Origin: a virus
DNA: 64,000 bases
Virus record (IMG/VR): IMGVR_UViG_3300046694_000315
Location: 32,001 to 96,000 of that record
Reading direction: 5' to 3' (one strand)
The notes beneath the pieces are model-generated. The model had not been told where the DNA came from, did no database searches, and saw only the letters and a program-made list of their open reading frames with translations. How positions within the stretch are numbered: position 1 is the first letter of the stretch; every line of letters starts with the position of its first letter. The translations under genes were made by a program, and so were the position numbers. Shown here piece after piece: positions 18,771-27,764 of the stretch.

Positions 18771-18799
18771 ACGCTAAGGGGACCGCTTGAGGTTGTCAA
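18771..18799 (-). promoter_or_regulatory. HrdB-type promoter
   Basis: TTGACA-N17-TAGCGT. Confidence 0.75.
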
Positions 18800-18822
18800 G
18801 CGATCCCCTGATATTGCTTGCG

Positions 18823-19146
18823 TCAGTTGCCGACCAGCCTTGCGCGTGCCTCCAGCGCTCGCTGGAGCAGTGCCTGCTCGCCTTCGTCGACCATCTGCTG
18901 TTCCGCGATGAGTTGCTCAAGGGGCGGAAGCGCCAGCCGGATGCCGTCCGGCAGGCCGTCGGTCAGCTCCTTGAGCGGGGCGCCTTCGAGCGGGATCCGA
19001 ACGTTGAGCCCCACGTCGGCGACGGTGATATCGAAGGACAGCACGTCGGTCAAGTAGACCGAGACGGTGCCCCCTGTGGACAGCAATTCGGTCAGCTCGT
19101 CCGTGGTGAGTTCGACCTGATCGAACTCTTCGTCGTCCGGCATCAC
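18823..19146 (-). CDS. Hypothetical protein
   Basis: Coupled ORF. Confidence 0.6.
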   Translation of the reverse strand: MMPDDEEFDQVELTTDELTELLSTGGTVSVYLTDVLSFDITVADVGLNVRIPLEGAPLKELTDGLPDGIRLALPPLEQLIAEQQMVDEGEQALLQRALEARARLVGN

Positions 19147-19481
19147 TCGCTCATCAGTTGTTCGGTCTCGTCGACCGTCTCGCTGACGGCGTCGAAGGCG
19201 GCCGTCCAGGCGGCGTTGACGGCCTCGTAGGGCAGCGGGTGGTCCGCGAGGTCGACGCCGGGGGGAACGGGGCCGTCAAGGGCGAACGTGCCGTCCAGCG
19301 GGTCCCACTTCAGCCCGGCCGCCGCCAGCTCCGCGTTGAACCGTGCGGAGTGCTGTCGGGCCAGCTCAGCGACCAGGGCGGCCGGAGGGCTGTCGTACCC
19401 CGCCTGGGTCTCCAGGAAGCCCGTCCACTCCTGCTGGAGGGTGGGGAGGTCGAAGCCGGGGAGTTGGTGGTTGATGCTCAT
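19143..19481 (-). CDS. Hypothetical protein
   Basis: Coupled ORF. Confidence 0.6.
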   Translation of the reverse strand: MSINHQLPGFDLPTLQQEWTGFLETQAGYDSPPAALVAELARQHSARFNAELAAAGLKWDPLDGTFALDGPVPPGVDLADHPLPYEAVNAAWTAAFDAVSETVDETEQLMSE

Positions 19482-19483
19482 GG

Positions 19484-19726
19484 TCAGTAGTCCTCATCCC
19501 ATCGCTCCCCCGCGTACGTGGGGTCGAAGCCTGCCGGGGGCACGTCGGAGAAGGGGGCGTACTTGCGTACGATCTCCTCCTGCTTCTTCAGCCGCGCCGT
19601 CCAGTGGGTGGCGCAGCGCGGGAAGGACTGGCCGGTGCCGGACAGCGGGTCGCGGTACTCCACGGGGCCGCTGCACTCGCCCGTGTGGTCCTCCAGGCAC
19701 TTCGGCTCTTCGTGCTGCTCGCTCAC
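19484..19726 (-). CDS. Small Cys-containing phage protein
   Basis: CLED..ECSGPVEYR..FPRC..H..FDPTYAGERWDEDY. Confidence 0.7.
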   Translation of the reverse strand: MSEQHEEPKCLEDHTGECSGPVEYRDPLSGTGQSFPRCATHWTARLKKQEEIVRKYAPFSDVPPAGFDPTYAGERWDEDY

Positions 19727-19965
19727 TTCGGCTCCGTCTCGCGCAGGTGCTGCTCTCCGGCCGCGACGTCGCCCCACTGGGCACCGTTCTCGGCGTGGGC
19801 CAGGATCTCCTCGGCGGGGGCGTAGCCGGTCTGCTCGTCCACGCTCTTGAAGACGCCCGCGTTGTCCAACGTCTCCAGTGCGGTGATGGCGCGCTCGCTG
19901 TTGTCGCCGTCCCAGCCCTTGCGCAGCCAGGCCAGCGCCTCGATGACGTCGTTGCTGTATGTCAT
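19723..19965 (-). CDS. Hypothetical protein
   Basis: GAGGAG RBS. Confidence 0.6.
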   Translation of the reverse strand: MTYSNDVIEALAWLRKGWDGDNSERAITALETLDNAGVFKSVDEQTGYAPAEEILAHAENGAQWGDVAAGEQHLRETEPK

Positions 19966-19967
19966 GG

Positions 19968-20372
19968 TCAGTTCTCCTCGTCGATGATCTCGATGACGTC
20001 CGTGCGGGACAGCATCTTCGTCGCCGCGTTGTGTCGGGCGTTCGCCTGTACCTGCACGATGCCGCCGTTCTCGACGCGGGACGTACGCAGCCAGGAGAAG
20101 GTGTCTCCGCGTACCTTGCGAACGGCCGCGAGGAACGCGTCGAAGCCGACCTGCTCCAGGGTGCCTCCGGCGGCGTCGCGGATCTCCAGGAACGCCACTG
20201 CGGTCGCTTCGGCGTTGGTGACGGCGTCCAGCACGTGCGGGGAGGTCATGCGGCTGCCGATGTTGAGCGGCGCGCGCAGCAGCTCAGCGAAGTCGTTGCG
20301 GGCCTTCTCGGCCTCCTTGACGGCGTCGCTGATGGTCCGCTCGATGTACCCGGCGGTGGCCTTGGCGTCCAT
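19968..20372 (-). CDS. Hypothetical protein
   Basis: AGGAG RBS. Confidence 0.65.
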   Translation of the reverse strand: MDAKATAGYIERTISDAVKEAEKARNDFAELLRAPLNIGSRMTSPHVLDAVTNAEATAVAFLEIRDAAGGTLEQVGFDAFLAAVRKVRGDTFSWLRTSRVENGGIVQVQANARHNAATKMLSRTDVIEIIDEEN

Positions 20373-20375
20373 GGG

Positions 20376-20519
20376 TTACTCCTGGTCTCGTATCGCTGCG
20401 TGCTTGGCAGTCTTGCGGGTGCGCTGCTTGCGGGGGCGGGAATCGTGTCCTCCGGCCGCTCCGCTGCGCCGACGTTCCTGCACGGCGCGGATGTGCTCGG
20501 GGTCCTGCTGGGCGTGCAT
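20376..20519 (-). CDS. Small basic protein
   Basis: AGGAGG RBS; RRRSGAAGGH..RTR. Confidence 0.55.
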   Translation of the reverse strand: MHAQQDPEHIRAVQERRRSGAAGGHDSRPRKQRTRKTAKHAAIRDQE

Positions 20520-20588
20520 GGGTGCCTCCTGGGGCTGGTACGGGAGATACCAGGTTATTGGTCCTCCCGTACCGCTTCCCAACTACGG

Positions 20589-21455
20589 CTACCTGCGGTC
20601 GGCGCGCTTCTTGGCCTCGGCGAGGACGGTCTCGGTGTCCTTGCCCTCCTTGTGGGCGACGGCCTTGGCGACGTCGTCCAGGGACTCCTTGCGGTAGGAG
20701 GGGTGCGCGCCGCCCTTGTTCCAGAAGTAGTAGTCCGTGAGCCAGCCACGGGCCGCGTGCAGGGTCTCCAGGGTGTCGTACGCGTCGTGGGCCGGGTGGA
20801 CCTTGACGACCACGCCGTTGCGGACGACCTGGCGCTCGGGGTAGTGGCCCTTGAAGACCTTCAGCGGGGTGCCGTCGGGGTTGGCGATGGCCTTGGCGGC
20901 CTTCTTCGCCTCGCGCTCGGCCTTCTTGGCTTCGCGCTCCAGGCGGGCAGCCTTCTTGTCGACGGACTCCAGCCGGGTCTTGCGCTTGAGGGTGTCGGTG
21001 GGGGCCCAGGGGAAGCAGCGGGTGCATGCCTTCTCCCCGGCCAGCTCGACGAGGTCCTCGGCCGTCATGCCGGACTGCTCGACCAGCCACGCGTACTGGG
21101 TGGTGGGGAAGCAGGTGTCGCAGTACTGGTCCTTGTGGACGTGGCCGTTGGTGTTGTCGACGAGGTAGTACCGGGTCCAGCGGCGCGAGTGGTACCTGGC
21201 CTCGCGGGGGTAGATCTCGCCCTGGAGGATCTCCTGGATGCGCTCCTGGAGGGTCTCGATCTCGGCGACCAGCTCGGCGCGGCGCTCCGGCGAGCGGCTC
21301 GGCAGGAGGGAGTCGTAGGAGCCGGGCTCGGTGTCGTCGATGATGTTGATGAACTGCTGGGCGCGGTGCTGCTGGGCGGTCAGGTCGGCGGTCTTGACGT
21401 AGGCCGCGTACAGCGCGGTGTCGATCTCGGCCGGGGTGGCGTTGGTGAGGTCCAT
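20589..21455 (-). CDS. Hypothetical protein (H..C..C / CTRC metal site)
   Basis: WTRYYLV..GHVH..CDTC..CTRCFPWAP. Confidence 0.75.
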   Translation of the reverse strand: MDLTNATPAEIDTALYAAYVKTADLTAQQHRAQQFINIIDDTEPGSYDSLLPSRSPERRAELVAEIETLQERIQEILQGEIYPREARYHSRRWTRYYLVDNTNGHVHKDQYCDTCFPTTQYAWLVEQSGMTAEDLVELAGEKACTRCFPWAPTDTLKRKTRLESVDKKAARLEREAKKAEREAKKAAKAIANPDGTPLKVFKGHYPERQVVRNGVVVKVHPAHDAYDTLETLHAARGWLTDYYFWNKGGAHPSYRKESLDDVAKAVAHKEGKDTETVLAEAKKRADRR

Positions 21456-21495
21456 CGTGTTGCCTCCTGGTGTGGAGCGGTTGGTGACAGGTACG

Positions 21496-21524
21496 ACCTT
21501 ACGGGGGCGCCTACTGCTTGTCAA
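21496..21524 (-). promoter_or_regulatory. HrdB-type promoter
   Basis: TTGACA-N17-TAAGGT. Confidence 0.75.
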
Positions 21525-21846
21525 GCGAAATGGGGTTACCGCTTGCGTCGATGTACTGCTCGATGTCGTAGCCCATGTTCAGGCTGTTCAGCCGCTTCGC
21601 GCCGATCGACTTCACGCGCAGTTCCAGGCGCTTGGTCCAGTCGGCGACGTCGGCCGGGGAGACCGGACCGATCTCGCACTGGCGCAGCCAGAGGATGGGG
21701 TCGAAGCGGTCGCTGGTGCCGGTGAGGGCGTCGGCGATGTTGTAGGCGATGTTGCGGCGGGCGTTGAAGTCCTGGTCGTCGGAGTCGGCGATGGCTGCGG
21801 ACAGGGTCTCGTAGTCGCTGCGGCTCATGTTGCGGGGCGCGGGCAT
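21511..21846 (-). CDS. Hypothetical protein
   Basis: AGGAGGAG RBS. Confidence 0.65.
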   Translation of the reverse strand: MPAPRNMSRSDYETLSAAIADSDDQDFNARRNIAYNIADALTGTSDRFDPILWLRQCEIGPVSPADVADWTKRLELRVKSIGAKRLNSLNMGYDIEQYIDASGNPISLDKQ

Positions 21847-21949
21847 GGCGGGCTCCTCCTGGTGCGGGGATTGATGTTCGCGGGAACAGTACGGGCCGCC
21901 CGGCTCAGGTGTCGAGTCGGACGGCCCGTACGCAGGGGGTGCGTATGGA

Positions 21950-22183
21950 TCACGTGGTGGGGCGGGTCAGGTGGTAGAACTTGCTGCCGTGGACGCGGAT
22001 GGTGTACCGGGTCGCGTCGGAGGACTCCACGAGCCGCGCCCTGTCGTAGATGGCGAGGTCCTTCCATGCCTGCTCGGCATCGGCCGGGACCATCTGGGCC
22101 GAGCTGGGGTCGTAGCCCAGGATCTCGGTGAACTCTGCCTTGATCTGGAGCATCTTCTTCGAGCCCCGGGGGATGGTGCGCAT
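21950..22183 (-). CDS. Hypothetical protein
   Basis: AGGAG RBS; MRTIPRG... Confidence 0.6.
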   Translation of the reverse strand: MRTIPRGSKKMLQIKAEFTEILGYDPSSAQMVPADAEQAWKDLAIYDRARLVESSDATRYTIRVHGSKFYHLTRPTT

Positions 22184-22200
22184 GGGTGTCTCCTGTCTGT

Positions 22201-23055
22201 TCAGGCGGCGATGCGGGTGCGGCTGCCACCGATGGCGTGCTGGCTGCTGAGGCGGGCGGACTGCGCGGCGCTGTCTCCGGCGCGGCGGGCGGAGGTGCTG
22301 TAGGTGGTGCTGTTGGCGCCCTTCCAGGAGCCACGGGCCCTGGAGGTCTTCGAGTAGTAGTCGTGGACCTCCTTCTGCTTGTCCGCGAGGACGAGGGCGG
22401 CGGAGACCTCGATCTCGTACTCGACGCCGTTGTCCTTGCCGATGCTGGGGACGGTGTAGGTGTTCTTCTTGGCCTCCTCCAGGGCCTCCTGGCGGGCCGA
22501 CCACAGGCGGGAGGAGATGCGGCGGGTGAAGGCGTCGTAGAAGTTGGCGCGGGCGGTGCGGCCGTCCATGGGCTTGGTGACGGTCTGGTAGTCCCACTCG
22601 CCCCAGTACGCGTCCCAGACCTTCTTCTTGCCGGTCACCTGCTCCTTCTTGTACTCGCCGGTCTTCAGCCAGGCGTTGGCGGACTCGGTCATCTGCACGA
22701 GCAGGGAGGCGTAGAGGGCCTCGACGACCTCGATGTCGCTGGGCATCCCGAAGGCGATGACGTAGGTGGAGTTCATCGCGATGTTCAACTGGACGTCGTT
22801 GTTGTCGGCGACGGCCATGAACAGTTCGACCAGGCGGGCGTTGTTGTTCTTGCGGGGCTGGCCGATGGTGATGCGCTTGTGGGTGGGCTGCTCGCGCTGC
22901 TCCCGCTTGGCGGTGTGCTGGCGGGCTACGGCCAGGTCGATGCTGGTGAGGGTGGCCATGGCCTGCGCCTTGCGCATGTAGGCCTCGGCCTCTTCGGGGG
23001 TGGAGGCGTTCTCGGCCTTGTTGAGGATCTTGGCCAGCTTGTCGAGGGTGCTCAT
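22201..23055 (-). CDS. DUF2786 domain protein (Rv0184-like)
   Basis: LDKLAKILNKAENASTPEEAEAYMRKAQ; ALYASLLVQM; ARANFYDAF. Confidence 0.85.
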   Translation of the reverse strand: MSTLDKLAKILNKAENASTPEEAEAYMRKAQAMATLTSIDLAVARQHTAKREQREQPTHKRITIGQPRKNNNARLVELFMAVADNNDVQLNIAMNSTYVIAFGMPSDIEVVEALYASLLVQMTESANAWLKTGEYKKEQVTGKKKVWDAYWGEWDYQTVTKPMDGRTARANFYDAFTRRISSRLWSARQEALEEAKKNTYTVPSIGKDNGVEYEIEVSAALVLADKQKEVHDYYSKTSRARGSWKGANSTTYSTSARRAGDSAAQSARLSSQHAIGGSRTRIAA

Positions 23056-23095
23056 GTGGTGCTCCTCCTGGTGTGAGGCGGTTGGTGTGTGGTGA

Positions 23096-23124
23096 ACGCT
23101 ACGGGCTCGGGGAACCCTTGTCAA
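23096..23124 (-). promoter_or_regulatory. HrdB-type promoter
   Basis: TTGACA-N17-TAGCGT. Confidence 0.75.
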
Positions 23125-23143
23125 GCGATTCCCCGAAGTCGTT

Positions 23144-23659
23144 TTACACGCTGGCGAGGCTGCCGAAGCGGACGCCGTGCTGGGCGTACGAGTCGGTGAG
23201 CAGGAGGCCGACCTCGGGGCCCATGACCTCGCGCACCATGTGCAGGAAGGTGCTGGCGAACGCGGGGCCGTGGGCCTCGCCGTGGTTGGCCAGGTGGTGG
23301 CTCAGTTCGTGCAGGATGACGATCTCCCGCAGGGCCCAGCCGCTGCTGTTCGTGCGGTCGGGGATGGCCAGGGTGCGGGTCAGGGGCTCGTAGTGGGCGA
23401 AGCGCCGTCCCGCCCGGCGTCGCACGTGGACCGGCAGGACGGTGCGCTCGGGCCACATGTCCTTGACCCAGTTGAGGCCGAGGACGGCGTCGATGTAGCG
23501 CTGGATGGACTCCAGGTCGCCGAACTTGCGCTCCAGGGGCACCAGCAGGCTGGAGCCGTAGAAGTCGAAGGTGGGCACGTCGGCCTTGGCGAGGGATTCG
23601 AGGATGTCGCGGACGAAGTACTCGGCGTCGTAGACGCGCTGGCGCTGGTTGTCTCGCAT
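23144..23659 (-). CDS. TIGR04338-family HExxH metallohydrolase (Rv0185-like)
   Basis: RDNQRQRVYDAE...WALREIVILHELSHH...HGPAF...VMGPEVG. Confidence 0.85.
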   Translation of the reverse strand: MRDNQRQRVYDAEYFVRDILESLAKADVPTFDFYGSSLLVPLERKFGDLESIQRYIDAVLGLNWVKDMWPERTVLPVHVRRRAGRRFAHYEPLTRTLAIPDRTNSSGWALREIVILHELSHHLANHGEAHGPAFASTFLHMVREVMGPEVGLLLTDSYAQHGVRFGSLASV

Positions 23660-23661
23660 GG

Positions 23662-24015
23662 TCAGACCTCCTTGCCGGTGAGGGCGGCGAGGACCCGGCG
23701 CTTGGCCTCGGCGAGGCCGTGCTGGAATCCCTCGGCGCGGATCACGGCACCGATGCGCGCGGCTTCGCGGCGGGCGCTGCGCTCGGGCATGCCTCCGTCC
23801 TCCAGCCGGACGGCGAGGTCGTTGATCTCCAACTGGGCGGTGCGGCCGTTGAGGCCGACGACGGGGCGGCCCTTGTCGCGGCCCGCGTTGTAGACGTCGT
23901 CGAGGGCGCGGCGCAGGTCGTCCATGTTGAGGTCGTCGCCCTGGCCCACGAGGTTGAAGACCTCGGTGTACTTGGCTTCGAGGGCGAGGTAGTCGCGGAC
24001 GCTGCTGTCGGCCAT
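23662..24015 (-). CDS. Hypothetical protein
   Basis: Leader plus AGGAGGAG. Confidence 0.7.
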   Translation of the reverse strand: MADSSVRDYLALEAKYTEVFNLVGQGDDLNMDDLRRALDDVYNAGRDKGRPVVGLNGRTAQLEINDLAVRLEDGGMPERSARREAARIGAVIRAEGFQHGLAEAKRRVLAALTGKEV

Positions 24016-24060
24016 GTCGTGCTCCTCCTGTTGGGGGCGGTTGGTGTTTCGACATGGGAA

Positions 24061-24088
24061 ACAATACTCAGGAAGCGATACTCGTCAA
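24061..24088 (-). promoter_or_regulatory. HrdB-type promoter
   Basis: TTGACG-N16-TATTGT. Confidence 0.55.
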
Positions 24089-24165
24089 GCCGTATCCGGG
24101 AAGCAGTAAGCCGTGAGCTGCGTCACACGCGGCCCACGGCTTAACCTGGTTGACTTGCTCTGGAA

Positions 24166-24564
24166 TTACTTGCTAGATGTTGGCGTTTCCGTGACCGTTT
24201 CCTTCGGGCACGGAATCTTGACCTGCACGGAATGCGTGTGCGCCAGCCCGTATACGGGGGCGTACGGCGTGGCCGAGGACGTAGGTGCGGGCACTGCGGG
24301 CGAAGGCCCGACCACGAGCGATACCTTGCACGTGCCCGGGGATTCCGGCTTCGTTGCTTCCGGTGTCGGCTCGGGCAGATACCTGGTCACCGTTGACACG
24401 GGCTGCGGCGAGGAATCCCCTTCGTATTCCGGAGAATCCGACTGGGAATTCTCGGTATGAAGCCCGGGGAAATCCGACTGGGCAACCGCTGAGATCCCGA
24501 ATGCCGGTACGGCGAGAATTCCGATTGCCGCAAGGGCGACTTTGATGCGCTGGATTCCGTTCAT
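24166..24564 (-). CDS. Secreted/membrane-anchored Pro/Ser/Thr-rich protein
   Basis: N-terminal signal-like hydrophobic segment. Confidence 0.6.
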   Translation of the reverse strand: MNGIQRIKVALAAIGILAVPAFGISAVAQSDFPGLHTENSQSDSPEYEGDSSPQPVSTVTRYLPEPTPEATKPESPGTCKVSLVVGPSPAVPAPTSSATPYAPVYGLAHTHSVQVKIPCPKETVTETPTSSK

Positions 24565-24722
24565 ACCAGCACCGTACCGAAGCCCTCGCAGTGGACACAG
24601 TCGGCGCCGTCGCGGTCTTCACCGGACCCGTAGCACCTCTTGCAGTCGATCTCCTCTGCCGCGCCCTCGCCGGTTTCGGCGGGAGACACTGCATGCACGT
24701 GTGCGCTCATGAGAAGTACTAA

Positions 24723-26261
24723 CTAACCTTCCTGGTTGATGTAAGTTGGTACGTCGACGATTTCGGCGTCGATGAAACCGGTAGAGGCTTCGATCATCCG
24801 GTCCGCCGAGAGAGGCCTGTCGAGCGCTGTCATCTGTTCCCCGGCGTCCCGGCCGAAGATACGGCTGATCATACCGGCCCCGCCGCCATTCCCCTTAGCC
24901 TCCAGTTTCACGGAGAAGGAGTCCTGCTCCAGTTCCGTCTTCACCTTCACGAGTTTCTGGAGCCGGTCGATCTCGCCGGAGAGGTTCGGATCCGCGTAGC
25001 CACCGGTCATATCCTCGACCATCTTCATGAAGAGGACCCGCTGCGCCTGCATCTCGATGAGCGAGTTCTGGAGCGACTGCATCTGCTGCTTGCTCTTCAC
25101 TTCGACCGGGATGTCGTACGCGCAGTTGGCATTCTGGTCGAAGGCCGGGCACTTCGAGGACAGGAAGCAGGACGAGCAGGCGCGCATGGACTGGCTGCGC
25201 ACGGTCAGGAGGGGGATGTCCCGCTCCTTGTTCACGCCGTCCTCGGGGTCGGTGTAGACCTCCTTCTCCTGCACCAGGCCGATGACCGGCAAGTTGGTAC
25301 GCGGGCGGTCTCTGCGGACGGCCGGAGTTGTCACCGGGTTGAGCGTTTTTCCGTCCTCCGTACCAACTTCGGTGCCCTGCATTTGAGAGAAACTCGAAAG
25401 TACCCCTCCGGCAGAAGTAGTAACTGCTTGGGCTTCCTGCGGCCGGTGCTGGTCGATCGAGGCCGCCAACTGCTGCCACGACCAGATGGTGAACCGCAGG
25501 ACCTCGTCGTTCTCTCCGGCCTCGATACGGTCGGCGTCGAAGCCCGCTTCGGTGAACAGAGTGCGGTGCCTTTTCCGCGCCTGGTCCTTGTACTTCTTCG
25601 GGTAGCGCTTCAATTCCCGGCCGGTCCACACAATGGTGTCACCGTACTGGGAAGGGGAAAGCCAGGACGTCGAGGCGACGCTGTCCCAGTTCACGGCAGC
25701 CATTTCCGCAGGCTTAGTCATGGCCACTCCGTGGAGTAGCGTGCCGTATTTCCGGGTGATCTCGTTGAGAACCGGGGTGAGATTCCGGCCGTCGAGATCC
25801 GTCTGCGTCACACCGACCCGCTTATACCTCTGGGCGAGTTTATCGAGTTCGTCGACTCCCCATTCCGAATGCCATATCGGAAGGAACTTGTCTTCCGGCA
25901 GGTCCTCGTAGAAGTCCTCTCGCCGGGCCTCGATCCATTCCCGTCCGAGAACGACAGCGTCGAACTCGGACACCATATGAAGGGAATCGATATTCTGCTG
26001 GACGAACGCTTCGTAATGCGCGGCGATGTCCTTCAGTTCGCCGATCGAGTACTTGTCGTCGTCGGCCTTGTTGACCGTGTAGGCGCCGGAGTCCAGGAAC
26101 ACCTTCTGGTTTTCGAGGTAGTTGTCCTCGATCAGCCAGGGGCGGGTGAACTTGGTCCGGCGCCGCAGGCCCATGTACGAGAGGGAGACGGTTTCGACGC
26201 CTTCCTCGGCCAGCATCTTGCGCCAGCCGGGAATCTCGGATCCGCCGAGGAAGAGGTGCAC
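24723..26261 (-). CDS. Queuine tRNA-ribosyltransferase (TGT)/DpdA-like protein with C-terminal Cys cluster
   Basis: VFLDSGAYT, LPIWH, LHGVAMT, DSVASTSW..YG; CSSC..C..C. Confidence 0.65.
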   Translation of the reverse strand: MHLFLGGSEIPGWRKMLAEEGVETVSLSYMGLRRRTKFTRPWLIEDNYLENQKVFLDSGAYTVNKADDDKYSIGELKDIAAHYEAFVQQNIDSLHMVSEFDAVVLGREWIEARREDFYEDLPEDKFLPIWHSEWGVDELDKLAQRYKRVGVTQTDLDGRNLTPVLNEITRKYGTLLHGVAMTKPAEMAAVNWDSVASTSWLSPSQYGDTIVWTGRELKRYPKKYKDQARKRHRTLFTEAGFDADRIEAGENDEVLRFTIWSWQQLAASIDQHRPQEAQAVTTSAGGVLSSFSQMQGTEVGTEDGKTLNPVTTPAVRRDRPRTNLPVIGLVQEKEVYTDPEDGVNKERDIPLLTVRSQSMRACSSCFLSSKCPAFDQNANCAYDIPVEVKSKQQMQSLQNSLIEMQAQRVLFMKMVEDMTGGYADPNLSGEIDRLQKLVKVKTELEQDSFSVKLEAKGNGGGAGMISRIFGRDAGEQMTALDRPLSADRMIEASTGFIDAEIVDVPTYINQEG

Positions 26262-26287
26262 GGTTTGGTTCTCCGAATCTGCTTGGG

Positions 26288-26971
26288 TTACTTCGGGGGC
26301 TGGACGGCGCTCTTGGGGAAGAGGCCGGGCTGGGTGACGCGGGGCTTCTTGGCGGCCGGAGCGCCTGCGGCGGGCTTCTGCCGGGGGCCCGGCGACGCGG
26401 CCATCCCGAACTGCTGCGGGGAGCGGACCTGGCTCGGGCCGAACAGTCCGGCCTGGACCACGCGCTGCGGCTTGGCGGCCGGTGGCGGCGTCTGCGGGGC
26501 CGACTGGACGGGGGTGCCAGAGGTGCTGGCGTGGGTGCCGAACGCGGAGTGGAAGTCGTCCCAGGCCCCGCCGGAGGGCTTGCTCTGCGCCTGGATGCCG
26601 TTCATCCGGGCGTTGAAGGTATGAAGGAGGTCGGAGGCCGCGCCGGAGTGCTGGGCATGCCAGGCGTCGAGGCTGGAGGAGTGGTCCTCGCGCACCCGCT
26701 GGATGTCGGCCTGGTTCTTGATGCCGTTGGCGATTCCCTCGCGGCTCATCACGCGAGCGTGCATGCTGCTGTCCTGGGCCGGGGCGCTCTGCTGGCCCTG
26801 TCCCTTGACGCGGATCTTGATGCGGGAGTTGGCGGGCTGCTGGCCGTTCTTGGCGTTCTCCAGGTCGCTGACGCGCTGCTCGACGCTGCGGCGCGAGCCG
26901 GGGAACTGGAGGGGCTGGAGGTAGCGGTCGCGGATCTGGGTCGCGATGGAATGGAAGACGGAGCCACTCAT
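26288..26971 (-). CDS. Low-complexity hypothetical protein
   Basis: MSGSVFH start overlapping upstream stop; QAGLF/QPGLF motifs. Confidence 0.65.
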   Translation of the reverse strand: MSGSVFHSIATQIRDRYLQPLQFPGSRRSVEQRVSDLENAKNGQQPANSRIKIRVKGQGQQSAPAQDSSMHARVMSREGIANGIKNQADIQRVREDHSSSLDAWHAQHSGAASDLLHTFNARMNGIQAQSKPSGGAWDDFHSAFGTHASTSGTPVQSAPQTPPPAAKPQRVVQAGLFGPSQVRSPQQFGMAASPGPRQKPAAGAPAAKKPRVTQPGLFPKSAVQPPK

Positions 26972-27267
26972 GGCCGTATGTCCCTTCTCAGGAAGTAGAG
27001 GTAGCGGTGTCCGGCCACGAAGGAGGCCAGGAAGCCGACGCTGATCAGCGACCGCGCGGACGTGCTCGACGCCAGGAACACGGCGGTGAAGACGGTCACG
27101 TTGGTGCTGTAGACGAAGAGGGTGGCGGCGAGCCATCGCTCTGCGGCGCCGAGCTGGCGCCAGGCGGGGATCGTCGCGCGCAGAAGCAGGGCCGCGAACG
27201 CTGCTCCGGTGAGGACGGAGAGGATGCGGGCGATGCCGATGAACAGGACATAGCCGTTGCTGGTCAC
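26968..27267 (-). CDS. Small membrane protein (about 3 TM)
   Basis: Hydrophobic segments. Confidence 0.65.
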   Translation of the reverse strand: MTSNGYVLFIGIARILSVLTGAAFAALLLRATIPAWRQLGAAERWLAATLFVYSTNVTVFTAVFLASSTSARSLISVGFLASFVAGHRYLYFLRRDIRP

Positions 27268-27758
27268 AGGATCTCCATGTGTGGGCGCTGATCTTCTTCG
27301 CGTAGTGCTCGCTGCCTCTCCACTTCGTCCACCAGGGCCGACCAGGGGGTGACGCTCTCCTGGTAGTCGGGGCGGAAGCGTGGGGAGGAGTAGTTGGGGT
27401 GTAGGTAGTTGAGGACCCCGACCCCGTGGGCCATGACGTGGGCGGCGATCTCCGGGTCGGGCTCGATCAGCAGCTCGACGTGGCATCCGGCCTGCCGTAG
27501 CCGGGAGATCTGGCGCATCCTTCGTTCGGCCGGGTCCTCGGGATCCCGCAGGTGCGCGGGGATGAGGTAGGGGTGCTTGTTGAAGCCGTTGACGCGCAGC
27601 CAGTGCTTGACCGGCTCGACGTCGGTGTTGTCGGTGATGAGGGCGACCCGGTAGGTCTCCATCAGGCCCCAGTACAGGCGCTGGCCCTGGTGGATGACGG
27701 CTTCGCCGACCTCCTTGGACAGCACGCCCTCAACGACGATGGCGACGGTTGCAGTCAT
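27264..27758 (-). CDS. HAD-fold-like protein (degenerate motif I)
   Basis: AIVVEGVL...VALIT...WLRVNGF...LIEPDP. Confidence 0.55.
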   Translation of the reverse strand: MTATVAIVVEGVLSKEVGEAVIHQGQRLYWGLMETYRVALITDNTDVEPVKHWLRVNGFNKHPYLIPAHLRDPEDPAERRMRQISRLRQAGCHVELLIEPDPEIAAHVMAHGVGVLNYLHPNYSSPRFRPDYQESVTPWSALVDEVERQRALREEDQRPHMEIL

Positions 27759-27764
27759 CGTCGA

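Noticed and set aside
24560-24568. Reverse-oriented near-match to the motif (GGTATGAAC on minus)
   Set aside because: It is the ATG start of the 24166-24564 gene and mismatches the invariant G.
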